IMG/VR virus record: IMGVR_UViG_3300032294_002706
Span: 32,001 to 96,000 of that record
Reading direction: 5' to 3' (one strand)
Length of the DNA: 64,000 nucleotides
From: a virus
In this document: positions 28,269 through 36,436 of the stretch, one piece after another
Layout of the letters: the number at the start of each line of letters is the position of its first letter
Numbering within the stretch: position 1 is the first letter of the stretch
Notes under the pieces: model-generated
What the model saw: the letters and a program-made list of their open reading frames with translations, nothing else
Told to the model about the DNA's origin: nothing
The model's database searches: none
Program-made: the position numbers and the translations under genes

Positions 28269-29162
28269 ATGATTACATTTACAGGGCTCACTTTTGCACA
28301 AGCATATAAGCATTCAATAGAGTATCTATTGGCTAATGGCATGGTTAACAATGCTAGGGGCACAACAAGTAAAGAATTGCTTGATGTTGCAATAGTGGTT
28401 GAGGATCCGACTCAGTGTCTATATGATAATGAAGTTAGAGGTTCTCAGCAAAAATATATTGCTGCCGAATTTTTATGGTACTATGCTGGTCGAAATGATG
28501 TTGCTTTCATTTCAAAATGGGCAAAGTTCTGGGAAACCATTCAAAACCCAGACGGCACTGCGAATTCAGCATACGGAAACCTGATCTTTAATGAGAAGAA
28601 CCAATACGGCCTTACTCAATATCAATGGGCAATTCAAAGTTTAATGAATGATTCTAGCACAAGACAAGCAATTCTTCATTTTAATAAACCTTCTCATCAA
28701 TATTTGACCAATAAGGATTTCGTATGTACAATGTACGCAAATCTACATATTCGCCAAAATAAGTTATACATGAGCGTCTACATGAGAAGTAATGATGCAA
28801 TTTGGGGTACTTCGACCGATGTTGCCTTCTTTTGTTCGTTACAAATGCAGATTCATGCTCATCTAAAGGAAATTTATCCAGATCTTGAACTTGGGACCTA
28901 CACTCATGTTGCAAATTCATATCACGTTTACGATAGGCATTACGATCTAGCGCAAAGAATGATTAATTCAGACTTTATCCCGGTCAAATTACCTTCAATT
29001 ACGACTGATTTGATAGACATAGACGGTTCGTCAAGTCAAGATTTTAATATTGTATTTGCAGCATCTACTGGCCAGACTGATGAACTTGTGTTATTTCAAC
29101 AAGATAACGATCTTTTGAAATGGATTTTTGAAAAATTAAAAGAGGATAAGAATGTCATTTAA
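28269..29162 (+). CDS. Thymidylate-synthase-superfamily enzyme, T4 gp42 (dCMP hydroxymethylase)-like
   Basis: NSAYG, TRQA, DFVCT, MRSNDAIWGTSTD (Asp at the base-specificity position) and SYHVYDRH. Confidence 0.8.
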   Translation: MITFTGLTFAQAYKHSIEYLLANGMVNNARGTTSKELLDVAIVVEDPTQCLYDNEVRGSQQKYIAAEFLWYYAGRNDVAFISKWAKFWETIQNPDGTANSAYGNLIFNEKNQYGLTQYQWAIQSLMNDSSTRQAILHFNKPSHQYLTNKDFVCTMYANLHIRQNKLYMSVYMRSNDAIWGTSTDVAFFCSLQMQIHAHLKEIYPDLELGTYTHVANSYHVYDRHYDLAQRMINSDFIPVKLPSITTDLIDIDGSSSQDFNIVFAASTGQTDELVLFQQDNDLLKWIFEKLKEDKNVI

Positions 29163-29625
29163 TTCAGTTAGCACACAGCGTCAACACCTAATAGATGTTA
29201 CCTACATCAAGATGGCCCAAACTTGGTCAGGTCTTTCTCATGCGATCCGTAAAAAAGTTGGAGCCCTAATCGTAAAGAACAATACAATCATTGCTGATGG
29301 GTATAATGGCACTCCTTCCGGTTTTGAAAATGAATGTGAGATTGCAATAAGCCATGAGGATGGTTCATTCAAGGAATATCAAACTAAATGGTACGTTTTA
29401 CATGCAGAATCTAATGCACTTGCAAAGGTTGCCAAATCAACACAAAGTAGCGACGGGGCTACTCTTTATATTACCTACTCTCCATGCACAGATTGCAGCA
29501 AATTAATTTTACAGGCAGGAATCAAGCGAGTTGTGTATTTAGAAGAATACCGAGATATCGCCGGCCTTGACTTCTTAAGAAGAGCTGGCGTTGAAGTTAA
29601 AAAAATCGACCCAGAAACACTATGA
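29152..29625 (+). CDS. dCMP deaminase
   Basis: KVGALIV, GYNGTPSG, HAESNA and SPCTDC zinc motifs. Confidence 0.95.
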   Translation: MSFNSVSTQRQHLIDVTYIKMAQTWSGLSHAIRKKVGALIVKNNTIIADGYNGTPSGFENECEIAISHEDGSFKEYQTKWYVLHAESNALAKVAKSTQSSDGATLYITYSPCTDCSKLILQAGIKRVVYLEEYRDIAGLDFLRRAGVEVKKIDPETL

Positions 29626-30023
29626 TCGATTCATTAGAAAGAAAGCTTGAAATCGTTTTCGTAAGAGATCAAAAACAATTCATTCAAGCTTTTAATAAAA
29701 AGCAGAAGTGCGATTATTTACTAAATGTGAATAAAATAATAAAGGAAAAGTTCGATCACGAAATTCTTGTGCCGAACAAAATCCAAGCGTTCCTAATAAA
29801 TTATGAAATTAAGAAATTAATTGACAAAGCGATTAATGTTAGGAATCGTAAATACAATCGAATAATCTACGTTAATGCTGGTCTCAGCGTTAGTAACATC
29901 AATAATACTGTCAAGTTTCTGAATACTGCATACGGAACAATTGAATTCGTTCCTAGCTTAATAGACGGAGATTTTGAAATTGGCGAACTTACTGGAGTAG
30001 AGACAATAAAAAAGGGGCATTAA
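29622..30023 (+). CDS. Hypothetical protein
   Basis: 133-aa ORF with ATGA overlap to the preceding gene. Confidence 0.65.
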   Translation: MIDSLERKLEIVFVRDQKQFIQAFNKKQKCDYLLNVNKIIKEKFDHEILVPNKIQAFLINYEIKKLIDKAINVRNRKYNRIIYVNAGLSVSNINNTVKFLNTAYGTIEFVPSLIDGDFEIGELTGVETIKKGH

Positions 30024-30033
30024 GCCCCTTTTA
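30008..30033. terminator. Bidirectional terminator at the junction of the + and - operons
   Basis: AAAAAAGGGGC-ATTAA-GCCCCTTTT. Confidence 0.8.
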
Positions 30034-30040
30034 AGTTTTA

Positions 30041-30160
30041 TTAGATAAAGTTTTCGAAGTTCTTTTCGCTTTCATTATAAAATCCGTAAAATCGATACTC
30101 GGTTCCGTCAAATATACAGATGCCTGGACTATTAATGGAAAAATCTATTCCTATATTCAT
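30041..30160 (-). pseudogene. Truncated RuvC-like resolvase N-terminal fragment (39 aa)
   Basis: Hand translation MNIGIDFSINSPGICIFDGTEYRFYGFYNESEKNFENFI*. IGIDxSxxxxG is the RuvC/RNase H-fold first catalytic strand. Confidence 0.6.
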
Positions 30161-30214
30161 TTATTTCTGGTTAAGAAGTCCTATTTAAAATTTCAAATAC
30201 TTTGCGTTGTTCAT

Positions 30215-30955
30215 CTAGATATACATAGTTGCCTCGTTTAAGGCTGACTCATTAGTTTGTAATATTGATTTCAGAATTGATATAAATTCATTTTTTCCGA
30301 AAGTTTTGTATCGTAATGGTTTAAATATCTCATCTGAATCATATCCCAATACAAAATAAGTTGGACCATCTCCTTCATCTGTAATTGCGTCAAACGATAA
30401 ATTAACCTTTCTGTCCTTTAAATCTATCTGAGACTTGTAACCTATGGTCCACTTTCTGCCATTTCTTTGCATTGCATGTTTTCCATCCATAGTTAATGCA
30501 TTACCATTATGTGGTAAGTAAGTTATGTCATTTCCAGAATCTAAGATTGCTTTAGAAATACTTCCAACAAATCGGTTATTAAGTTTTTTACCACCTAGTC
30601 TTGTCATTTTTTCAATAAAAGAAAGGGGGGCCTCTGTAGTATTATATAATTCTTCAATCTCTTCAGGAGTTGCTCCTAATTCAATCGCTTTGTTTCCAAG
30701 ATCTGAGAATTGGGACTGTCTGTAAGGCGATGTTCTGCTAGAACTATCGTATTTGAGAGGTGCTCCTGCGAGTTTTAGACCAGCAATAAATCTAGATATA
30801 GCTTTTTCCTTATCTTTAATAAGCTTAGCCGCTTTTTCTCCTTCATCGTTTTTCATAACAAGATCTAACATACGATCCCAGTCCTTTGTCTCTACTCGAG
30901 CAGCTTCGTTTACCGAGTTTATAAATTCTTCAAATAGTTTAAGTTTAAATTTCAT
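30215..30955 (-). CDS. Hypothetical protein with capsid-targeting-like N-terminus
   Basis: MKFKLKLFEEFINSVNEAA; ends TNESALNEATMYI. Confidence 0.65.
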   Translation of the reverse strand: MKFKLKLFEEFINSVNEAARVETKDWDRMLDLVMKNDEGEKAAKLIKDKEKAISRFIAGLKLAGAPLKYDSSSRTSPYRQSQFSDLGNKAIELGATPEEIEELYNTTEAPLSFIEKMTRLGGKKLNNRFVGSISKAILDSGNDITYLPHNGNALTMDGKHAMQRNGRKWTIGYKSQIDLKDRKVNLSFDAITDEGDGPTYFVLGYDSDEIFKPLRYKTFGKNEFISILKSILQTNESALNEATMYI

Positions 30956-31116
30956 AATTTTAAATTTTTTTCAGGAGTAAGTTCTTCTACTGAATAAATA
31001 TCTCCTCCTGAACTAAGTTTCATCTTATTCCAGATATCGGTTTCAATTTTCATCAAACGGTTTAAAGTTACTTTACCCGAGGCTTCATTTACAAATTGAG
31101 TAAACTTCTTTATGAT
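30952..31116 (-). pseudogene. Short ORF or gene remnant without ATG, (I)IKKFTQFVNEASGK...
   Basis: 54 open codons starting at ATC. Its TGA overlaps the next ATG (ATGA), and it carries the capsid-targeting-like motif. Confidence 0.5.
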
Positions 31117-31457
31117 TTAGATTTCTCAACCTTTCCTGAATAGATCAATGCATCTTCTGGTTTGTTTTGGTCATTAACCGCGACAATATCAAAATCTCCA
31201 TCCTTATCCGCTTTTGGTGAAATTGCAATGATTGCACCAGCTTTAATGCTAGGATTAGTTGATTTACTCACATTGAACGAAATCATTTCCTTGGTCGTGA
31301 ATTCGCTATCGCTAGTTCCTTCAACTCCAAAAGATTTTCCGTCCGCTGTGATGTTGAGAGTATACGAACCGGGTTTCGCAGCAGTAGTCGGCTCCTCCTG
31401 CTTTGGAGCAGTTGCCAGGTCTTCCTCAGCTAACCATTGTTCAAATAACTTGATCAT
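31110..31457 (-). CDS. Hypothetical protein with capsid-targeting-like N-terminus
   Basis: MIKLFEQWLAEED. Confidence 0.65.
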   Translation of the reverse strand: MIKLFEQWLAEEDLATAPKQEEPTTAAKPGSYTLNITADGKSFGVEGTSDSEFTTKEMISFNVSKSTNPSIKAGAIIAISPKADKDGDFDIVAVNDQNKPEDALIYSGKVEKSKS

Positions 31458-31464
31458 TCTCTAA

Positions 31465-32124
31465 TTATGCGTTTTCGTCTTGGTCTTCGTCGTCTCCGAT
31501 AGCGTTATCGTCGTCGTCTTGGTTTTCGTCTTCATCACTTTCTTCTGTGCAAAGTTTCTTAACTGCTGCACATACTAGATCGCAAATGTCTTCTTTTGTC
31601 ATTTCCATCTTTTCAGCGATATCTTCAATGATGTCTTTAAGATCATCTCCGAACTCTTCCATTAAAGTGGCTAATTGTTCTTCGTCGATTACTGGCTCGT
31701 CAGACGGCATATCGTCATCGTTTGCTGGCATATCGTCGTTTGCTGGCATTTCTTCTTCTGCCTCAGCGAACATGTTAAAATCTTCGTTAACGAATTGTTC
31801 AAAGCGAAGGATTTTTCCTTCTTCAACAGCGTCAACTGTTGCAATTGTTGGTTTTGCGTACATTGGGTTAAATGGTTTTTTCTTTGCCGTTCTTGAAATA
31901 AGGTCACGAGTTACCGCCTTCCATGTTGGGTCATAATTGTGGTTGAATTTTCCACCTTCAAAATCGGCATTTCTGTCAATCACTCGTTGATAGCCTTTCA
32001 GTGTTTCTCTTTTTGATGTATCAAAGTCTTTCTTTGATTTTGGACCTCCGAAACTAGGTTTCTTGGGATTCATGTAATCATCCATCGAAGGATTACGTCT
32101 GTCTTTAGCGTTGAACATGTCCAT
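31465..32124 (-). CDS. Acidic prohead-core-like protein
   Basis: Basic N-terminal half, internal ILRFEQFVNE motif, very acidic C-terminal half with MPANDD repeats. Confidence 0.6.
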   Translation of the reverse strand: MDMFNAKDRRNPSMDDYMNPKKPSFGGPKSKKDFDTSKRETLKGYQRVIDRNADFEGGKFNHNYDPTWKAVTRDLISRTAKKKPFNPMYAKPTIATVDAVEEGKILRFEQFVNEDFNMFAEAEEEMPANDDMPANDDDMPSDEPVIDEEQLATLMEEFGDDLKDIIEDIAEKMEMTKEDICDLVCAAVKKLCTEESDEDENQDDDDNAIGDDEDQDENA

Positions 32125-32144
32125 ACTTTTATAGATGCTTATTT

Positions 32145-32729
32145 TTACTGTCCAATTCTTGATTCAGTGTAAGAATCCGTAGTGAACTGTGCTGTTAACT
32201 TATAGATACCTTCACTTGTGTAATCAAGTGCAGTTTCAGTCATTTTGTTTGGTCCAATGAACACTGGAGAGAACATGAAATCTCTAAAGATTAAACCTGC
32301 TCTGTTAAACTGAGTTACTTGGATGCTTGCATCCGCATAGTCAGTTTTTAGTCCTTGACGACCAGTTAATGGATTATAGATCAAATCCGCCCATGCTCTT
32401 AACGCATTGTAGATGTACATGTCGTTACTATTGTTCAAGTTAACCTCGAAATCAATTGTGAACTGATGATACGTTTGCGCTGGTTTTGCTGGTGCGTATG
32501 TTCTTTGTGAGAATTTATAGTTTTGAATAACTACGGCTGATCCTGAACCTGCGTATTCTGGTAAACTAGTTACTTTTAATACGTGTTCAAGCATTAAGTT
32601 ATTACCGAAACCGATTTTTCCAGACACTGCAGGCGGCGGGGTAATGATAACCTCGAACTGGTTAAGGTAAATAGGTTCGTACTTACCGGGACCTGCTGTT
32701 GAATTTTTAAAATGTGGTAGACCTGCCAT
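32145..32729 (-). CDS. Tail tube protein (gp19-like)
   Basis: About 190 aa with NQFEVIITPP, WADLIYNPLTG..GLKTDY; late motif upstream. Confidence 0.8.
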   Translation of the reverse strand: MAGLPHFKNSTAGPGKYEPIYLNQFEVIITPPPAVSGKIGFGNNLMLEHVLKVTSLPEYAGSGSAVVIQNYKFSQRTYAPAKPAQTYHQFTIDFEVNLNNSNDMYIYNALRAWADLIYNPLTGRQGLKTDYADASIQVTQFNRAGLIFRDFMFSPVFIGPNKMTETALDYTSEGIYKLTAQFTTDSYTESRIGQ

Positions 32730-32749
32730 CTTATGTCTTTATTTTTTAG

Positions 32750-33880
32750 TTATTTATTCTGATCCCGATCCACTTGTTTATCAGAAGACTTTTCTTTTTG
32801 ATCAGGTTCTCTAGCGCTTAGTTCTTTCTGTATTTGCTTTTGGATTGACTTGATTTCAGAAGTAGACTTATTACCTAGAGTTATGTTAGTTGCTTTGATA
32901 ACGTCCGCTAAATCAAGTTCAGGCTTTTCTTTTGAGTATACTGAATTAATTTCAGGAGTAAAGCTTAATTCAATTGAAGGAAGTATTTGAGCAAGTAAAT
33001 TTCCACCAAATCTAAATTCTTTTTCATTAAATTCGTCAAATGACATTTTGAATTTACTACCGAACGCTCCAGCCATTGTAATTTCTGCCCAGATTTTAGG
33101 CTTATTATCAATTTGTTCGCCAGCTGCTTGCTTGGTTAAGTTATTCGATACTTTGTACAGAAACTTAACTCCTCCCGAATAGGCACCTCGTTCTTGCTGA
33201 CCTTCAATGAATCTCAACTTATCTCCACGAACCACTACAGTATAGGCATATTCGCCAGATGCAGTAGATTTAGGTTCTTCCTCGGTCACCTCAGATTTCA
33301 CTTCAGGTTCATCATTCTCCTTGAGCTTATTGTCTATCACAGCAGGCGGTTGAGGTTGATCGTACTTAACCAAGGCACCTCCAGGAGAGCCTTGACCTAA
33401 CTGTTTAGGATCAGCCGGCCCAGTAGGAAGAGCTTTTTGAGTAGGCTCGCTCGGTTCTTCGCCTGAACCCAATGCCTTTTGAGCAGCTGGTCCGGCAGGA
33501 AGAGCTTTTTGAGTTGAGTCGTCTTCGTCCTCTTCTTCTCCGGAGCCCAATGCTTTTGGAGGATTAGGGCCTGGAGGTAATGCTGCCTCGTTCTTAGACG
33601 ATTTTTCCTTTTTTGTGTCCTTATTCTCTGCCGCTATTCGTGCATCAATGATCTTATCAATTTCAACGATTAGCTCATTTAGGAGAGACCCAGATGTGTA
33701 CTTCACGTATTGTGGAGCACCGTATGCTGAACTGTACTTTAAGTCAGGATACACGTCAGTTTCATGAATTTCAATCGATTGCTTGTTCTGATCCCATTGT
33801 GGCTGTTGCCCTTTTCCAGGATTCTTCCAAGTGATTGCGAAACTGATTATTGATTCTGCTATTACGCCTTGTTCTGCCAA
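32750..33880 (-). CDS. Hypothetical late protein with Pro/Gly repeats
   Basis: Three ALPxGPxxxKxLGxG repeats. Confidence 0.65.
   Translation of the reverse strand: MAEQGVIAESIISFAITWKNPGKGQQPQWDQNKQSIEIHETDVYPDLKYSSAYGAPQYVKYTSGSLLNELIVEIDKIIDARIAAENKDTKKEKSSKNEAALPPGPNPPKALGSGEEEDEDDSTQKALPAGPAAQKALGSGEEPSEPTQKALPTGPADPKQLGQGSPGGALVKYDQPQPPAVIDNKLKENDEPEVKSEVTEEEPKSTASGEYAYTVVVRGDKLRFIEGQQERGAYSGGVKFLYKVSNNLTKQAAGEQIDNKPKIWAEITMAGAFGSKFKMSFDEFNEKEFRFGGNLLAQILPSIELSFTPEINSVYSKEKPELDLADVIKATNITLGNKSTSEIKSIQKQIQKELSAREPDQKEKSSDKQVDRDQNK
32751..32758 (-). promoter_or_regulatory. Late promoter motif AATAAATA upstream of the tail tube gene
   Basis: + strand TATTTATT about 20 nt before the ATG. 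Confidence 0.6.
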
Positions 33881-33883
33881 TTG

Positions 33884-34189
33884 TTATCCAAGTTCTTTTT
33901 CTCCCTGGAACTCTTTTCCACGGTTAGATTTCTTTCGAGTTGGGTCAACTGGTTTGTAGTTAGCCCAAATTTCATTGTAGATTCTGCAAGAAGCCCCCAT
34001 GAAATTAACGATTCCAACGTACTTCTTACGGTCTTCACCCTTCATTTTAGAGATTTTCTTTCCAATGCTTCGTGCATCGTCCAAGTCCAATTCCTCATCA
34101 TTCGTCTTACCGACTAGATCTTTAAGAGAATTTTCCTGAACTACATAAGCTTGAAAGGATTGAACCTTATGCTTGTTTTGATCTTTCAT
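33884..34189 (-). CDS. Hypothetical protein with capsid-targeting-like N-terminus
   Basis: VQSFQAYVVQENS. Confidence 0.6.
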   Translation of the reverse strand: MKDQNKHKVQSFQAYVVQENSLKDLVGKTNDEELDLDDARSIGKKISKMKGEDRKKYVGIVNFMGASCRIYNEIWANYKPVDPTRKKSNRGKEFQGEKELG

Positions 34190-34207
34190 TTCAGGATCGC
34201 TTTTTTA

Positions 34208-34573
34208 TTACTTAGGCATTTTAGCCATGCTAGGCTCAACTTTCTTGTTGATAGCCTTTCCTTTGATAACTAATTTAGCCATCTTAGGTTCAACTTCTTT
34301 CTTAATTGCACTACCTTTAGTAGTAGGTAACTTAGAAGTCTTTTCGTCAACTGTTTTGTTGATTGATTTACCTTTACGTTTAGGCAGACCAGCCATTTCA
34401 GGTTTAACTGATTTGCTGATTGCTCTACCATTTCCTTTAGGAAGATCTGAAGTTTTAGTGTCTACTGACTTGTTAGACTTAGAACCTTTACCTGTAGGCA
34501 GGTCAGCCATTTGTTGATCAATTGACTTCTTTTCAAGAAGGAATTCGCCGTAGCTTAGAACTGATTTGCTCAT
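34208..34573 (-). CDS. Lys-rich repeat protein, candidate DNA-condensing internal head protein
   Basis: MSKSVLSYGEFLLE followed by five 18-19-aa repeats LPxxKGxxIxKxVxxxxxx. Confidence 0.7.
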   Translation of the reverse strand: MSKSVLSYGEFLLEKKSIDQQMADLPTGKGSKSNKSVDTKTSDLPKGNGRAISKSVKPEMAGLPKRKGKSINKTVDEKTSKLPTTKGSAIKKEVEPKMAKLVIKGKAINKKVEPSMAKMPK

Positions 34574-34608
34574 TGTGTTTTATTATTTTATTGTGTCTTT
34601 AGGAATAT

Positions 34609-34616
34609 TATTTATT
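34609..34616 (-). promoter_or_regulatory. Late promoter motif AATAAATA
   Basis: Lies downstream of the capsid terminator and upstream of the gene starting at 34573. Confidence 0.6.
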
Positions 34617-34637
34617 TGAGCTCGAATCATAAAAACA

Positions 34638-34666
34638 AAAAAAGGCTCTCCAATGGAGAGCCTTTT
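34638..34666 (-). terminator. Intrinsic terminator after the major capsid gene
   Basis: + strand AAAAAAGGCTCTCC-AAT-GGAGAGCCTTTT. Confidence 0.85.
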
Positions 34667-34692
34667 ATTATTGTCCTATTTCGTTGTTACGA

Positions 34693-36417
34693 TTAGTAAG
34701 AAGCAGAAGGACGAGTTGAACCAGTCAATACTCCTAGGCCAGTTACTTCCATAGTGATGTATTGAGTTTCAGGATGCCATCCAGCCTCAGTGATTGCATA
34801 ACGAGACTTCATACCAATCTTAGGAGAGAAAGTTCCCTCTGCGATAGTTTGAAGAGACTCAGCCATGATGTAAGGTAAGAATTTAACACCTGGTTCTTCG
34901 TCAGCACCTTTACGTCCGATGTGGATACGGTTATCGCTGAACTTCAAGTTAGGATCTACGTAGATGGTTAAACCATGTACTTTACCTGCAGGATACAATT
35001 GACCTGGAGTAGAAGGTAGATCGTTATTGAATGGAGCGAAAGAGTAACCAGCAACATCAGCAAGAGCAGATGCAACACGACCGTTAGTCACGATGTAAGT
35101 ACCAGCACCAAAACGACCTCTATGATAAATCAAGTTAGCCATTTCAAGAATTTTGGTTACAACACGACGTTGTAGTGTTGAGATGTTCTCGAAACCAGTT
35201 GAACCTACCGTTAGATCAAGGTTACAGATGTTAGCACCTTCAACTGCTTCAAGAGAAGTTTTGTGAGTAGCACCTAAAGTTAATACTCTGTCAACCAATT
35301 TCTTATTGATAGATTGAGCAAGTTCGTTAACCGCTACGTTTTCCAACATAGAGATTACGTCGAAATTCCAAACTCTGTTAAGATCTTGGATTTGCTCAAC
35401 TGTTGCAGAGATAGCAACTTGGTCGCCTCTAGCCTCGATGAACTTAGTGAACATACGAAGACCCATTTGACGGAATTTAGAAACCTCAGCTGTAGCACGA
35501 GTCATTCCACCAAAGTTAGCTTGAGAACCAGTAGATCCTAAGAAAGGACCGTCTACGTCTGTAGCTTCAGTTGAACCTGTACCAGTCCATTCAGTATCAC
35601 TTAATGACGTGAAACCAGAGATGTGGTTTTCAAGAGCTGAAACTAATTCGAATTTCTCAGTTGTTGCGAAAGTGAATAGAGCAGAACCAGTTACTGCATA
35701 AGCACCAGAGCTGATCGCAGAAACCGCTTTAAGAACTGGAGAACCAACCATGTAGTCTTGGATAGCAAAACTAGCCGAGTCAATAGAAGAGATTACTTTG
35801 AAGATAGGAGAACCATCAACACGAGATCTTCCAACGAATTGAATGATCAAGTCATCAGTTCCTGATCCAGTAGCACCATCGATACCGTAGATAGTACCTG
35901 CAGTCATTGCTGAAATCAAACCAGATGATGCACCAGTTAATTTAACTAGGAACGGCTCGTATTGCTTGTCAACGTTACCGCCTTGGTAAACATAATCCAA
36001 ATAAGGTAGGAAACCTACAGGAGAATCCATAGGAACTACACCAACTAGGTCGAAACCAATAGTTTTAGCAGCAACTTGGATAGCTACTGGTAAAAGGCTT
36101 GGAAATTTATCACCAGAACCTGATACAGTTGAACCGTAACCTGCTTTAGTAGCACCACCACCAGTGAACGGAGTCATTGAAGAAGTTGGAGCTGAAATAG
36201 CGCCCATTGCGCTGATTGAACCTGGTTGTTGTAGGAATAATCCTGGAGCAACCGAAGATTCGTTGATAGCACCTGCGTTATCGAAGATAGCATGGTTGTG
36301 AGCTAAGTCAACTAACCAAGGACGAGAATTGATGTCTGCGCCGTAACCTTCTAAAACTGGAGCCCATGTTTCTTTGATTGAAGCGTCATTCAATCTTTTG
36401 AAAATTTTTGTTGCCAT
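34693..36417 (-). CDS. Major capsid protein (gp23-like)
   Basis: ETWAPVLE, FDLVGVVPMDSPVG, FLPYI...TFSPKIGMKSRY; propeptide site INE/S; strongly biased codon usage. Confidence 0.93.
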   Translation of the reverse strand: MATKIFKRLNDASIKETWAPVLEGYGADINSRPWLVDLAHNHAIFDNAGAINESSVAPGLFLQQPGSISAMGAISAPTSSMTPFTGGGATKAGYGSTVSGSGDKFPSLLPVAIQVAAKTIGFDLVGVVPMDSPVGFLPYLDYVYQGGNVDKQYEPFLVKLTGASSGLISAMTAGTIYGIDGATGSGTDDLIIQFVGRSRVDGSPIFKVISSIDSASFAIQDYMVGSPVLKAVSAISSGAYAVTGSALFTFATTEKFELVSALENHISGFTSLSDTEWTGTGSTEATDVDGPFLGSTGSQANFGGMTRATAEVSKFRQMGLRMFTKFIEARGDQVAISATVEQIQDLNRVWNFDVISMLENVAVNELAQSINKKLVDRVLTLGATHKTSLEAVEGANICNLDLTVGSTGFENISTLQRRVVTKILEMANLIYHRGRFGAGTYIVTNGRVASALADVAGYSFAPFNNDLPSTPGQLYPAGKVHGLTIYVDPNLKFSDNRIHIGRKGADEEPGVKFLPYIMAESLQTIAEGTFSPKIGMKSRYAITEAGWHPETQYITMEVTGLGVLTGSTRPSASY

Positions 36418-36436
36418 TTTGTTTTAAAATGTTTTT

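Noticed and set aside
28269-29162. Annotation as ordinary thymidylate synthase ThyA
   Set aside because: It lacks the LxPCH and PFN motifs and has Asp at the specificity site, so no thyA symbol was assigned.
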